NCBI GenBank assembly: GCA_044345955.1
Contig: JBIJAD010000001.1
Span: 1 to 55,154 of the forward strand
Direction of reading: 5' to 3'
DNA: 55,154 nt
Source of the DNA: Lysobacteraceae bacterium
GTDB lineage: Bacteria; Pseudomonadota; Gammaproteobacteria; Xanthomonadales; Xanthomonadaceae
Below, in pieces: positions 45,201 through 53,799 of the stretch (position 1 is its first letter; each line of letters begins with the position of its first letter). Position numbers and translations under genes: made by a program. The notes below the pieces were generated by a model. That model did not search any database, was not told where the DNA came from, and saw only the letters and a program-made list of their open reading frames with translations.

Positions 45201-48200
45201 CGGCATGCTCACGCGCGAGCCGGCGCGGCGCGAGGCCTCGCGCAGCACGTGGATCGCGCTGACGTAGCGATGATCCAGGTCGGACCACAACTGGCGCTGC
45301 ACGCGCTCGGCGTGTTCGAGGAACGGGCCGGGCCGGTTGTCGACTTCCAGCAGGGTCAGCGAGGTGAAGTCGCCGACGATCTGGTCCACCTGCTCGTGGA
45401 ACGGATGCCGCGCGTACATCGTCAGGTTGATGGTGAAATGCGGATTGCCGGCCCAGCGGCCGAGCACCTGCGAGAACGCGGCCATCAGCAGGCCCGACGG
45501 GGTCAGCCCGCTGGACACGGCGCGCTGCTTGAGCTTCGCCCAACGCTGCTTCTCCATCTGGTACATGCGCCGCGCGAAGTGCGGATTGGTCAGCGAGGAC
45601 GGCGCGACCGCCAGCGGCAGGTCCGGCGCCGCCGGCAGCCGGTCGATGCGCTCGAACCAGTACTGCTCGCTGGTCCGGTACAGCTCGGTCTCCTGCAGCG
45701 CGTGCTCGGCGATGACGTAGTCGCGGAACGAGAATGCGATCGGCGGCAGCTCCAGCGCGGGCTGCCGGTACAACTGCAGCCACTGCTCGATGAGCATGTT
45801 CATGCTCCAGGCATCGACCAGCAGGATGTCGATGCTGATGCACAGACGGAAGCGATGCGCGTCCGCGCGCAGGGCCTTGATGTCGAACAGCGGCCACTGG
45901 TCGGCCGGAAGCACCTGATGCGACATCTTCGCGCGCAGGGCCATGCGCTGCGCTTCGGCCTGGTCTTCGGGCAGGCCCTGCAGCTCGATCACGTCGAATT
46001 CGTAGTGCGGCACCTGGGCCAGGATCTGTTGTTCGCCGCTGGCCAGGAACACCGCGCGCAGCATGTCGTGGCGGCCGATCAGTACGTTCCATGCGTCGAC
46101 GAAGCGCGCCAGTTCGCCGTGCTTGATGTCCACTTCCAGATAGATGTGCGTGGCGACGTCGCCCAGCTCGATCGCGCCGCTGCGGCCGACCCAATAGGCC
46201 TGCTGGATGTCGGTGAGCGGGAACGGCTGGTTGCGCCCCGCCAGATCCGGCTCGATCCGGGTCAGACGGGTCAGCGGCGCGGCCGCGTCGATGCTGGCGC
46301 CGCGCGCCTCCAGGCAGGCCAGCAGGTCGGACAGGCGCGGATATTCGTACAGGTCGGCCAGACGCAGTTGCACGCCGAGCTGGTCGCGGACCACGGCGGT
46401 GAGTTGGGTGGCCAGCAGCGAATCGCCGCCCAGTTCGAAGAACTGATCGGACAGGCCGATGCTCTCGACGCCGAACGCCTGGCGGAACAGCGCCAGCAGC
46501 GCCTGCTCCAGATTGGCCGGACGCGCGGGGGCATGATCGGCGCGCGGCGCGGACGCCGCGGCCTGGGTCGCCGCGTCCTCGCGACTCGACCGTCCCTGCG
46601 CATCGATCCAGTAGCGCTTGCGGTCGAAGGCATACCCCGGCAGCGACACGCGCCGGCGCGCCTCGCCGCGATACAGCACGGACCAGTCGGGCCGGCAGCC
46701 CAGCGTCCACAGCGTCCCCAGCGCCTGCAGGAAGGCTTCCCGGTCGTGGCGCGGATTCTGCGGATGCCGCGCGCTGGCCACGCTGCGCTCGGTGGCGCCG
46801 AAGCTGCGCCGGGCCAGCGTGGTCAGCACCTGGTTGGGGCCGGCTTCCAGCAGCACGTAATCGGGATCGTCCAGCACCCGGCGCAGTCCGTCGCCGAAAC
46901 GCACGGTGCCGCGCAGATGGTCGACCCAGTATTGCGGATCGGTCGCCTGCTCGGCGCGGATCCAGTCGCCGCTGACGTTGGAGAGATACGGACGGGTCGG
47001 CGGCGACAGGCGCACGCGCGACACGCGTTCGCCGAAGCGGGCCAGGATCGGCGTCATCATCGCCGAATGGAAGGCGTGCGAGGTATGCAGACGGCGGGTG
47101 TCCACGCCCTGCTCCGCGAGGCCGGCCTCGACCTGCGCGATCGCTTCCTCCTGCCCGGACAGCACGCAGATGCGCGGGCCATTGACCGCGGCCAGACTGC
47201 AGGCGGGCGACAGGTACGCCTGCACTTCGTCTTCGGCCAGGGGCACCATCAGCATCGCGCCGCGCGGCAACGCATCCATCAGGCGGGCACGCTCGGCGAC
47301 CAACGCCACCGCGTCGTCGAAGCCCATCACCCCGGACAGACACGCGGCGACGTATTCGCCCAGACTGTGGCCGATCATCGCATCGGCCTGGATCCCGTGG
47401 CTTTCCCAGCACTTCGCCAGCGCATACTCGGCGGCGAACAGCGCCGGCTGGGTCAACGCGGTCCGGTTCAGGCGCGCATCGTCCTCGCCGAAAATCACTT
47501 CGCGCAGATCCTCGCCCAGCTCGCGGCGGAAGGCGTCCGCGCACAGGTCCAGCTCCGCGCGGAACGCGGGCTCGGCCCGGTACAGGTCCTTGAGCATGCC
47601 GGCATGCTGCGCGCCCTGGCCGGGGAACATCAGACACAGCTTCGGCGACTGCCGGACCGGACCGCCGAAGACGACCGCACGCGGTTCGGCGAGCAGCGCC
47701 GCGGCGTCGCCGCCGCCGGGCACCACCACCGCGGCGCGGTGTTCGTAATCGCGCCGGCCGACGCGCAGGGTGTAGGCCGCATCGGCCAGGTCGGTGTCCG
47801 GGTGGGCGGCGAAATGCGCCGACATCCGCGCCAACTGGCGCTCCAGCGCCGGACGACTGCGTGCCGACACGGTCAGCAGATGGCTGTCGCGGTTCGACGG
47901 CGCACTGTGGCGCGCCGGCGCTTCCTCGACGATCACGTGCGCATTGGTGCCGCCGATACCGAACGAGCTCACGCCGGCGCGGCGCGGGCCGTCGCCCGAC
48001 GGCCAGTCGCGCAGTCCGGCGTTGACCCGGAACGGGCTGCGCTCGAAATCGATATTGGGATTGGGTGCGTCGTAGTTGATGCTCGGCGGGATCTGCCGGT
48101 GACGCAGCATCTGCACCGTCTTGATCAAACCGGCGACGCCGGCGGCGATGTCGAGATGGCCGATGTTGGACTTCACCGAGCCGATCGCGCAGGCGCCGGG

Positions 48201-49223
48201 CTCGATGCCGTCGCCGAAGGCGCGGCTGAGCGCCGAAACCTCGATCGGATCGCCGAGGATGGTGCCGGTGCCGTGCGCCTCGACGTAGCCGATGGTGGCG
48301 GGATCGACGTCGGCGCGCGCCAGCGCGTCGTACACGACCTCCACCTGACCGTCGATGCTGGAGGCGGTGTAGCCGAGCTTGAGCGAACCGTCGTTGTTGA
48401 TCGCGCTGCCCAGGATCACCGCATGGATGTGGTCGCCGTCGCGCAGCGCGTCTTCCAGGCGCTTGAGCGCGACGATGCCGGCGCCGTTGCCCTTGACCGT
48501 GCCCTGGGCGCGGCTGTCGAACGGCCGGCAGTGCCCGTCGGGAGAGACGATGCTGCCTTCGCTGTAGAGCATGCCGACCTTCTGCGGCACATCGAGACTG
48601 ACGCCGCCGGCCAGGGCGATGTCGCACTCGTAGGACAGCAGGCTCTGGCAGGCCTGATGCACCGCGACCAGCGAGGTCGAGCAGGCGGTGTCGACGTTGA
48701 CGCTCGGCCCGCGCAGGTTGAGCTTGTACGACACCATCGTGGTCGCGAAGCTCTTTTCGTTGCCGATCGACATGCGCAACTGGCCGACCGATTCGATCAG
48801 CTCGGGGTTGGCGCTGAGATTGCGCGCGAAGTAGGACATCGAACCCACGCCCGCGTACACGCCGACGTGGCCGGCGTAGTCGTCGGAGGAGTAGCCGGCG
48901 TCGTCCAGCGCCTCGTAGCAGCACTCCAGCAGCATGCGGTGCTGCGGATCGGTGATCTCGGCTTCGCGCGGGCTGAACTGGAACAGTTCGGCGTCGAAGT
49001 CCTCGATCCCGTCGACCACGTAGGACACCTTGACGAAGTCCGGATGCGCGATCAGGCGCTCGGATACGCCCTCGCGGCGCAGGGTCTCGTCGTCGAGCAC
49101 GGTGGAACTCTCCACGCCGCCGACCAGATTGCGCCAGAAAGCGTCGACGTCGCCGGCGCCGGGGAAGCGGCCCGACAGGCCGATGATCGCAACACGGTTC
49201 GCATCCATCTTCATGTCATCCAT
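42198..49223 (-). CDS. Hybrid PKS-NRPS: KS-AT(malonyl)-ACP-Cy-A(Cys)-Ox-T (thiazole-forming), about 2341 aa
   Basis: KS DTACSTS, HGTGT, IGHL; AT GHSLG and HAFH; ACP GGDSL; Cy FPLTDIQQAY, DILLVDAWS, PIVFTS, SQTSQVWLD; code DLYNVSAIWK; Ox RRSFREY..KYRYASAG; start 49223 (49214 or 49208 possible). Confidence 0.95.
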   Translation of the reverse strand: MDDMKMDANRVAIIGLSGRFPGAGDVDAFWRNLVGGVESSTVLDDETLRREGVSERLIAHPDFVKVSYVVDGIEDFDAELFQFSPREAEITDPQHRMLLECCYEALDDAGYSSDDYAGHVGVYAGVGSMSYFARNLSANPELIESVGQLRMSIGNEKSFATTMVSYKLNLRGPSVNVDTACSTSLVAVHQACQSLLSYECDIALAGGVSLDVPQKVGMLYSEGSIVSPDGHCRPFDSRAQGTVKGNGAGIVALKRLEDALRDGDHIHAVILGSAINNDGSLKLGYTASSIDGQVEVVYDALARADVDPATIGYVEAHGTGTILGDPIEVSALSRAFGDGIEPGACAIGSVKSNIGHLDIAAGVAGLIKTVQMLRHRQIPPSINYDAPNPNIDFERSPFRVNAGLRDWPSGDGPRRAGVSSFGIGGTNAHVIVEEAPARHSAPSNRDSHLLTVSARSRPALERQLARMSAHFAAHPDTDLADAAYTLRVGRRDYEHRAAVVVPGGGDAAALLAEPRAVVFGGPVRQSPKLCLMFPGQGAQHAGMLKDLYRAEPAFRAELDLCADAFRRELGEDLREVIFGEDDARLNRTALTQPALFAAEYALAKCWESHGIQADAMIGHSLGEYVAACLSGVMGFDDAVALVAERARLMDALPRGAMLMVPLAEDEVQAYLSPACSLAAVNGPRICVLSGQEEAIAQVEAGLAEQGVDTRRLHTSHAFHSAMMTPILARFGERVSRVRLSPPTRPYLSNVSGDWIRAEQATDPQYWVDHLRGTVRFGDGLRRVLDDPDYVLLEAGPNQVLTTLARRSFGATERSVASARHPQNPRHDREAFLQALGTLWTLGCRPDWSVLYRGEARRRVSLPGYAFDRKRYWIDAQGRSSREDAATQAAASAPRADHAPARPANLEQALLALFRQAFGVESIGLSDQFFELGGDSLLATQLTAVVRDQLGVQLRLADLYEYPRLSDLLACLEARGASIDAAAPLTRLTRIEPDLAGRNQPFPLTDIQQAYWVGRSGAIELGDVATHIYLEVDIKHGELARFVDAWNVLIGRHDMLRAVFLASGEQQILAQVPHYEFDVIELQGLPEDQAEAQRMALRAKMSHQVLPADQWPLFDIKALRADAHRFRLCISIDILLVDAWSMNMLIEQWLQLYRQPALELPPIAFSFRDYVIAEHALQETELYRTSEQYWFERIDRLPAAPDLPLAVAPSSLTNPHFARRMYQMEKQRWAKLKQRAVSSGLTPSGLLMAAFSQVLGRWAGNPHFTINLTMYARHPFHEQVDQIVGDFTSLTLLEVDNRPGPFLEHAERVQRQLWSDLDHRYVSAIHVLREASRRAGSRVSMPIVFTSTLGVRTLEHESDELDELGEEVFGVSQTSQVWLDHQVMEWKGQLRFNWDAVDALFPEGMIQDMFDTYCALIERLVDEDALWQADIGEQLLPAHHAALFDRVNATAVDNGIDLLHRQFERQALATPQLTALIADGRTLSYEELLRRAQGLGAELREAGVDRAGLVAIFLEKGWEQIVAVMGILTAGGAYLPVDPALPDERVAYLLESSGVKVVASAAAHLPRLAALAPHCRLLDVQTAALAPAGAPLLEPVQSLDDLAYVIYTSGSTGKPKGVMVPHRGAANTVADINRRLALSAEDRVFALSALNFDLSVYDIFGTLCRGAALVMPRPQDLRDPARWSELVQTHRISVWNSVPALMQILVDHCADTGVVLDPALRAVVLSGDWIPPALPERMAALWPQTAVLGAGGPTECSIWSACHPVQPEDWRKDSIPYGKPLENQQIHILDERRRTCPIWVPGELYVAGDGLALGYLGDREKTDALFVHHPVTGQRLYKSGDLGRYTPSGDIEFLGRNDFQVKVNGYRVELGEVEAALKQCGEFKEVVVVAAQEPGRKNRSRLVAYLVGHGAAPDAATAEAPAVSAETVDPIQAQLVEFKLTKPGLRRTRDGETMLPLPATARDAAAWRLRRSFREYLGDTLTLGRLAEVLQNLSELQNEDMPLPKYRYASAGSLHAVQVYLYVKPGRIEGLEGGYYYYQPEQHALVRLAGEEPLTVAQYGVGENPLVFDRAAFSLFFVGERNAIVPVYGEETGDRFLHVEAGYMAQLLMECSPAQRVGLCPIGYLGDDLPRLLGLQSSQMIVHSLVGGSVSQEQLDNWGARPPARGPAAAVDNDALRERLRTMVPEYMVPAAFVRLDKLPLTANGKVDRRALSEVVEAEKPVRSVVPPRNEVEGQLLRIWQEALGVAEIGVEDNFFELGGDSVLIVRMHKQLKALYGERISVVDLFRYPKIAALAAYLAETPAAAESAPAAAAAAANEAAQVDRRKAAMQRQRQLAMNGADS

Positions 49224-52200
49224 TGCGTTTTCTGTTCTTGAGGTGCTGGCGGGTCCGGGCGACCGCATCGCGGCCTTCGCGCACCCGGTTCGACGGCATC
49301 GCGGCCGTGTTCGATGCGTTCTCCCGCTGACCGATCAGCCGGGTCAGGCTGTCGATGGTGGGGAACTTGAACAGCTCGATGATGCTGATCTCGCAGTCGA
49401 AGCGTTCGGCGAGGCGGCGCTGCAGCGTGCCCAGCAGCAGCGAATGACCGCCCAGCTCGAAGAAGTTTTCGTTCACCCCGACGCGCTCGATCTGCAGCAG
49501 TTCGCACCACAGTTCCGACAGCGCCCGCTCGAGGTCGGTGCGCGGCAACTGCAGCGCGGCGCGCGCCTGGTTCTGGAACGGCGCCGGCAGCGCCTTGCGA
49601 TCGATCTTGCCGTTGGGCGTGAGCGGCATCGCCGCGAGTTCGACGATCGCCGAGGGCAGCATGTGCGCGGGCAGCCTCTGGGCCAGGTGCGCATGCAACG
49701 CGGCGGTGTCGAGGGCATCGGCGCCGACGGGCGTGCAGTAGGCGACGATCGCCGCGTCCTGCGGCGCGGCGCCGCGGACCACCGCGACCGCCTCGGCCAC
49801 CGCCGGATGCGCGCGCAGCGCGGACTCGATCTCGCCGAGTTCGATCCGGTAACCGCGCACCTTGACCTGCTGGTCGACGCGGCCGAGAAACTCGATGCCG
49901 CCTTCGGCCGTACGCCGCACCAGATCGCCGGTGCGATACATGCGTTCGCCCGGCATCGGCGCGAACGGATCGGGCAGGAAGCGCTCGGCGGTGAGGTCGG
50001 GACGCTGCCAGTAGCCGCGGGTCACGCCCTCGCCGGCGATGTACAGCTCGCCCTTGATCCCGACCGGCTGCTGGCGCAGGCGCGCGTCGAGCACGTACAG
50101 GCGGGTATTGCTGATCGGTGCGCCGAGGGTGGTCTCGGCATCCTGCAGGTGGCGGACCGCCGACCAGACCGTGGTCTCGGTCGGACCGTACATGTTGAAC
50201 AGGTGGGCGCCGGTGGCTGCGCGCAATTCGCGCGCGACCTCCGCCGGCAGGGCCTCGCCTCCGACCAGGAAACCGCGGAGGTTGGCGAGCGACTGGCTCT
50301 GCTTCTGCTCCAGCAGCAGCCGCGCGAACGAGGGCGTGCACTGGATATGGGTCGCGTTGACCCGGATATCGACGCGCGCCTGCCCCTCCGCCCCGGCGGC
50401 GACCCGATCCGCCTCGCGCTTGCGGCGCGCATGTTCGGTCACGGTCAAACGACGCAGCCGGTCCAGTTGCGGGAAGCTGTCCGTCACCTGCGCGGGAGCG
50501 ACGCCGAAATCGACCAGACAGGCGATCTCGTCCACGCCGATGGCGTGGATATCGGCCAACAGCGACTGGCAGCTCTCGGGCGTCCCGAACAGCGCACCGG
50601 TGGCGAAGTAACGGTTGAAGCCGGCCTCGACCACCAGCTCCAGATCGTTGCCGGCGTCCAGACCATTGCTTTCGGCGACCGGCTTGAGCAGGTTGATCGA
50701 ACTGCGCAGGTACGCCTTGAACGGCTCGCGCACGGCTGCACGCACCGTGTCCACGTCCTCGCCGATGAACGTGTGCAGCATCAGCGTGACCTGGCCCGCG
50801 TCCGGACAGTGGCCGTGCTCGGCGCGCGCCGTGCGGTAGATCTCGATCTTGGCGCGCAGTTCCGGCAGGCTCTGGCCGAGCAGGTGGGTCAGCACGTTGG
50901 CGCCCAGTTCGCCGGCCTGACGGAAGGTCTCGGGGCTGGCCGCTGCGGTGATCCACACCGGCAGCTCGGGCTGCACCGGGCGCGGGCGCACGCCCACGCG
51001 CGCCGGATTGCCCAGGCCATCGGTACGTTCGATGGTCTCCCCCTTCCACAACCGGCGCACGGTATCGATGCCTTCGCGCAGCACGCGGTGGCGCTCGGCG
51101 AAGTTCTGCGGCGCCAGCACGAAATCGTTGAAGTGCCAGCCCGACGCGAACGCCACCGCGGCGCGGCCGTGCGACAGGTTGTCCACCATCGACCATTCCT
51201 CGGCGACCCGGATCGGGTCGTGCAGCGGCAGCACCACGCTGCCGGCGCGCACCTGCACGTTGCGGGTGACCGCCGCGACCGCGGCCGCGGCCACCGAGGG
51301 GTTCGGGAACTGGCCGCCGAAAGCGTGGAAATGCCGCTCCGGCACCCAGACCGCGCTGAAACCGTGGCTATCGGCGAAACGCGCGCCGTCGAGCAGCAGT
51401 CCGTACTTGTCGACCTGCGCGTCCTCGTCGGCGGCGAAGTAGAACAGCCCCATCGTCAGCGGCCGGGCGCGCACGGGCGTGTCCGCCGCCGGTCTGGCGC
51501 GCGCGTCCGCGACCGCGCCGGCCGGGGTCTGCCCGGCGTGGGTGAGCGTGGTGAGATGATCGGTCTGGAGCAGGACGTGATGACCGCGCGCCAGCGTCCA
51601 CAGCAGCTCGAGGACCGAGATGTCGAAACTGATGCTGGTCAGCGCGGTCCAGACCGGACGGCCGTCGCCGTCCTGCGGCAGCGAGGGCGCCAGACTGCGG
51701 TCCAGGCCCTCGAACAGGTTGACCACGTTGCGGTGGGTGACGACGACGCCTTTGGGCTTGCCGGTCGATCCCGAGGTATAGATGACATAGGCGGCGTTGT
51801 CGCTGCAGCCGCCGTCATCGAACGCCGCGGCACGCACGCCGTCCAGTGATTCCAGCGCCAGCACCGGCGCGGCCACGGCGGGCACGCGCGCGGCGGCCTC
51901 GCCGGCGGTCACCAGACAGGCCAGTCCGGCGTCGGCGGCGATGTGGACGATGCGATCGGCCGGATAGTTCGGATCCAGCGGCACATAGGCCGCGCCGGCG
52001 GCGAGGATGCCCAGCAGCGCGACCACCATCGCCGGCGAACGGTCGATGTACACGCCCACCCGATCCTCGACGCCGACGCCGCGCGCGCGCAGCGCAGCGG
52101 CCAGGGCATCGGCCCGCGCGATCAGCGCGTCGAAGGAAACATCCTCGTCCTCGAAGCTCACCGCGATCGCATCCGGCATGCGCCGCGCCTGTGCGCGGAT

Positions 52201-53799
52201 CAGTTCGTGCACGCGGGCCAGACGATCGTAGTCCAAGGCGGTCGCGTTCCAGTCCGCCTGCTGCGCCCGCTCCGCATCGGTCAGCAGATCGAGTTCGGCC
52301 AGCGGGCGCGCCGGCGCCTGCGCGATCTGTTCGAGCAGGCGCACGAAGTGCGCGCCCATGCGTTCGATCGTGGCCTGCTCGAACAGCGCGGTGGCGTACT
52401 CGAATCCGGCGACGGTGCGCGCGCTGCCGCGCTCCACGGTCAGGGTCAGGTCGAACTTGGAGATGCCGTTGTGGGCGAACAGCGGCTCCACCTCCAGACC
52501 GTTCGGCAGACCCAGCTCCGCGGCCTCCTTGAGGATGAACATCACCTGGAACAGCGGCGAATAACTCAGGCTGCGGCGCGGATGCAGGTGTTCGACGATC
52601 TGCTCGAAGGGGAATTCCTGGTGCTCGTCCCCGGCCAGCGCGGTGTCGCGCACCTGTCCGAGCAGGGCGATGAAGTCGCGCGCCGGTTGCGGCGCCAGAC
52701 GCATCACCATCACGTTCGAGAAGAAACCCAGCACCTGCTGCCACTGCGCGAGGCGGCGGTTGGCCACCGGCGTGCCGATCGCCAGATCGTCCTGACCGGT
52801 ATAGCGCTGCAGCAGCGCACCGAAAGCGGCCAGCAGCAGCATGTACAGGCTCGCGCCCTGCGCCTGCGCCAGTGCGGTCAGCCGGGCGGTCAGCGCCGGC
52901 GGCAGTTCGAAGTGGACCACATCGCCGGCATAGCCCTGCACGGCAGGACGCGGATGGTCGACGGGCAGTTCGATCAGGTCCGGCAGGCCGGCCAGACGTT
53001 CGACCCAGTACTGCTTCTGGCGGGCGAAACTTTCGCTGTTCTGCCAGCGCGCCTGCCAGTCGACGTAATGGCCGTGGCCCGCGGTCAGCGCCGGCAGCGC
53101 GTCGGCAGCGCCGCCGGCCAGCGCCCACAGGTCGCGCACCAGCAGCTCCATCGAGCGGCCGTCGGACACCAAATGGTGCATGGTCAGCAGCAGGGCATGA
53201 TCGTCGGGCGCCAGCCGCACCAGCGCGCCGCGCAGCAGCGGCGCCTGCTCCAGCGCGAACGGGGCGCGCGCCTGGGCGTCGATCTGCGCGCGCAGGGCGG
53301 ACTCGCGCGCGTCTTCCGGCAACGCTTCCAGCGAGACGACTTCAAGCGCGAGCGCGGCATCGGGGTCCCGATGCGGCAGGTACTCGCCGTCGACCAGCCG
53401 GAACGACGATTGCAGGGCATCGTGCCGGCGCGGCAGCGCGGCGAAGGCGGCGCGCAGCGCGTCGACATCCAGCGCACCGCGCAGGCGCCAGGCCATCGGC
53501 AGGTTGTAGGCCGCCGAATCGCCATCCATGCGCTGCAGAAAGAGCAGCCGGCGCTGTGCGAAAGACAGGCCATCGCCGTCCGTCGCCGGTGCGTCGCCCG
53601 CGTCCGCCGCGGCAACGTCCTCGACCCCGCTCCGCGTCGCCTGACGCAGGGCCGCGATCAGCTCCGGCTTGTGTTCGATCATCCGCTGCTTGAGCGCAGG
53701 ATCGAGCGCGCGCGGCGCGGCGAAGCGCAGGTTGCCGTCTTCCACCCAGAGGCGGACGTTGAGCTCGCGCAGTTCGCGCAGCAGTTCATGCAGACTCAT
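49216..53799 (-). CDS. NRPS: betaHD dock-C-A(Gly) interrupted by luciferase-like monooxygenase-T, 1527 aa
   Basis: ATG at 53799 (ATGA overlap); C HHLVSDG; code DILQLGMVWK; LLM insert (GLFYF..ARFADSHGFSAVWVPERHFHAFGG..PLHDPIRVAEEWSMVDNLSHGR) between A4 and A5; T GGHSL; no TE. Confidence 0.95.
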   Translation of the reverse strand: MSLHELLRELRELNVRLWVEDGNLRFAAPRALDPALKQRMIEHKPELIAALRQATRSGVEDVAAADAGDAPATDGDGLSFAQRRLLFLQRMDGDSAAYNLPMAWRLRGALDVDALRAAFAALPRRHDALQSSFRLVDGEYLPHRDPDAALALEVVSLEALPEDARESALRAQIDAQARAPFALEQAPLLRGALVRLAPDDHALLLTMHHLVSDGRSMELLVRDLWALAGGAADALPALTAGHGHYVDWQARWQNSESFARQKQYWVERLAGLPDLIELPVDHPRPAVQGYAGDVVHFELPPALTARLTALAQAQGASLYMLLLAAFGALLQRYTGQDDLAIGTPVANRRLAQWQQVLGFFSNVMVMRLAPQPARDFIALLGQVRDTALAGDEHQEFPFEQIVEHLHPRRSLSYSPLFQVMFILKEAAELGLPNGLEVEPLFAHNGISKFDLTLTVERGSARTVAGFEYATALFEQATIERMGAHFVRLLEQIAQAPARPLAELDLLTDAERAQQADWNATALDYDRLARVHELIRAQARRMPDAIAVSFEDEDVSFDALIARADALAAALRARGVGVEDRVGVYIDRSPAMVVALLGILAAGAAYVPLDPNYPADRIVHIAADAGLACLVTAGEAAARVPAVAAPVLALESLDGVRAAAFDDGGCSDNAAYVIYTSGSTGKPKGVVVTHRNVVNLFEGLDRSLAPSLPQDGDGRPVWTALTSISFDISVLELLWTLARGHHVLLQTDHLTTLTHAGQTPAGAVADARARPAADTPVRARPLTMGLFYFAADEDAQVDKYGLLLDGARFADSHGFSAVWVPERHFHAFGGQFPNPSVAAAAVAAVTRNVQVRAGSVVLPLHDPIRVAEEWSMVDNLSHGRAAVAFASGWHFNDFVLAPQNFAERHRVLREGIDTVRRLWKGETIERTDGLGNPARVGVRPRPVQPELPVWITAAASPETFRQAGELGANVLTHLLGQSLPELRAKIEIYRTARAEHGHCPDAGQVTLMLHTFIGEDVDTVRAAVREPFKAYLRSSINLLKPVAESNGLDAGNDLELVVEAGFNRYFATGALFGTPESCQSLLADIHAIGVDEIACLVDFGVAPAQVTDSFPQLDRLRRLTVTEHARRKREADRVAAGAEGQARVDIRVNATHIQCTPSFARLLLEQKQSQSLANLRGFLVGGEALPAEVARELRAATGAHLFNMYGPTETTVWSAVRHLQDAETTLGAPISNTRLYVLDARLRQQPVGIKGELYIAGEGVTRGYWQRPDLTAERFLPDPFAPMPGERMYRTGDLVRRTAEGGIEFLGRVDQQVKVRGYRIELGEIESALRAHPAVAEAVAVVRGAAPQDAAIVAYCTPVGADALDTAALHAHLAQRLPAHMLPSAIVELAAMPLTPNGKIDRKALPAPFQNQARAALQLPRTDLERALSELWCELLQIERVGVNENFFELGGHSLLLGTLQRRLAERFDCEISIIELFKFPTIDSLTRLIGQRENASNTAAMPSNRVREGRDAVARTRQHLKNRKRNG

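Noticed and set aside
13173-49241. Very long plus-strand ORFs (13173-20195, 19829-30568, 30390-37259, 42420-49241 and others)
   Set aside because: Antisense shadows of GC-biased NRPS/PKS genes with no recognisable motifs.
42198-53799. Identification as the myxothiazol/melithiazol, colibactin, bleomycin or keramamide cluster
   Set aside because: Individual domains are shared, but module order, the lack of reductive PKS domains, the single Cy and the downstream depsi-NRPS do not match as I recall them.
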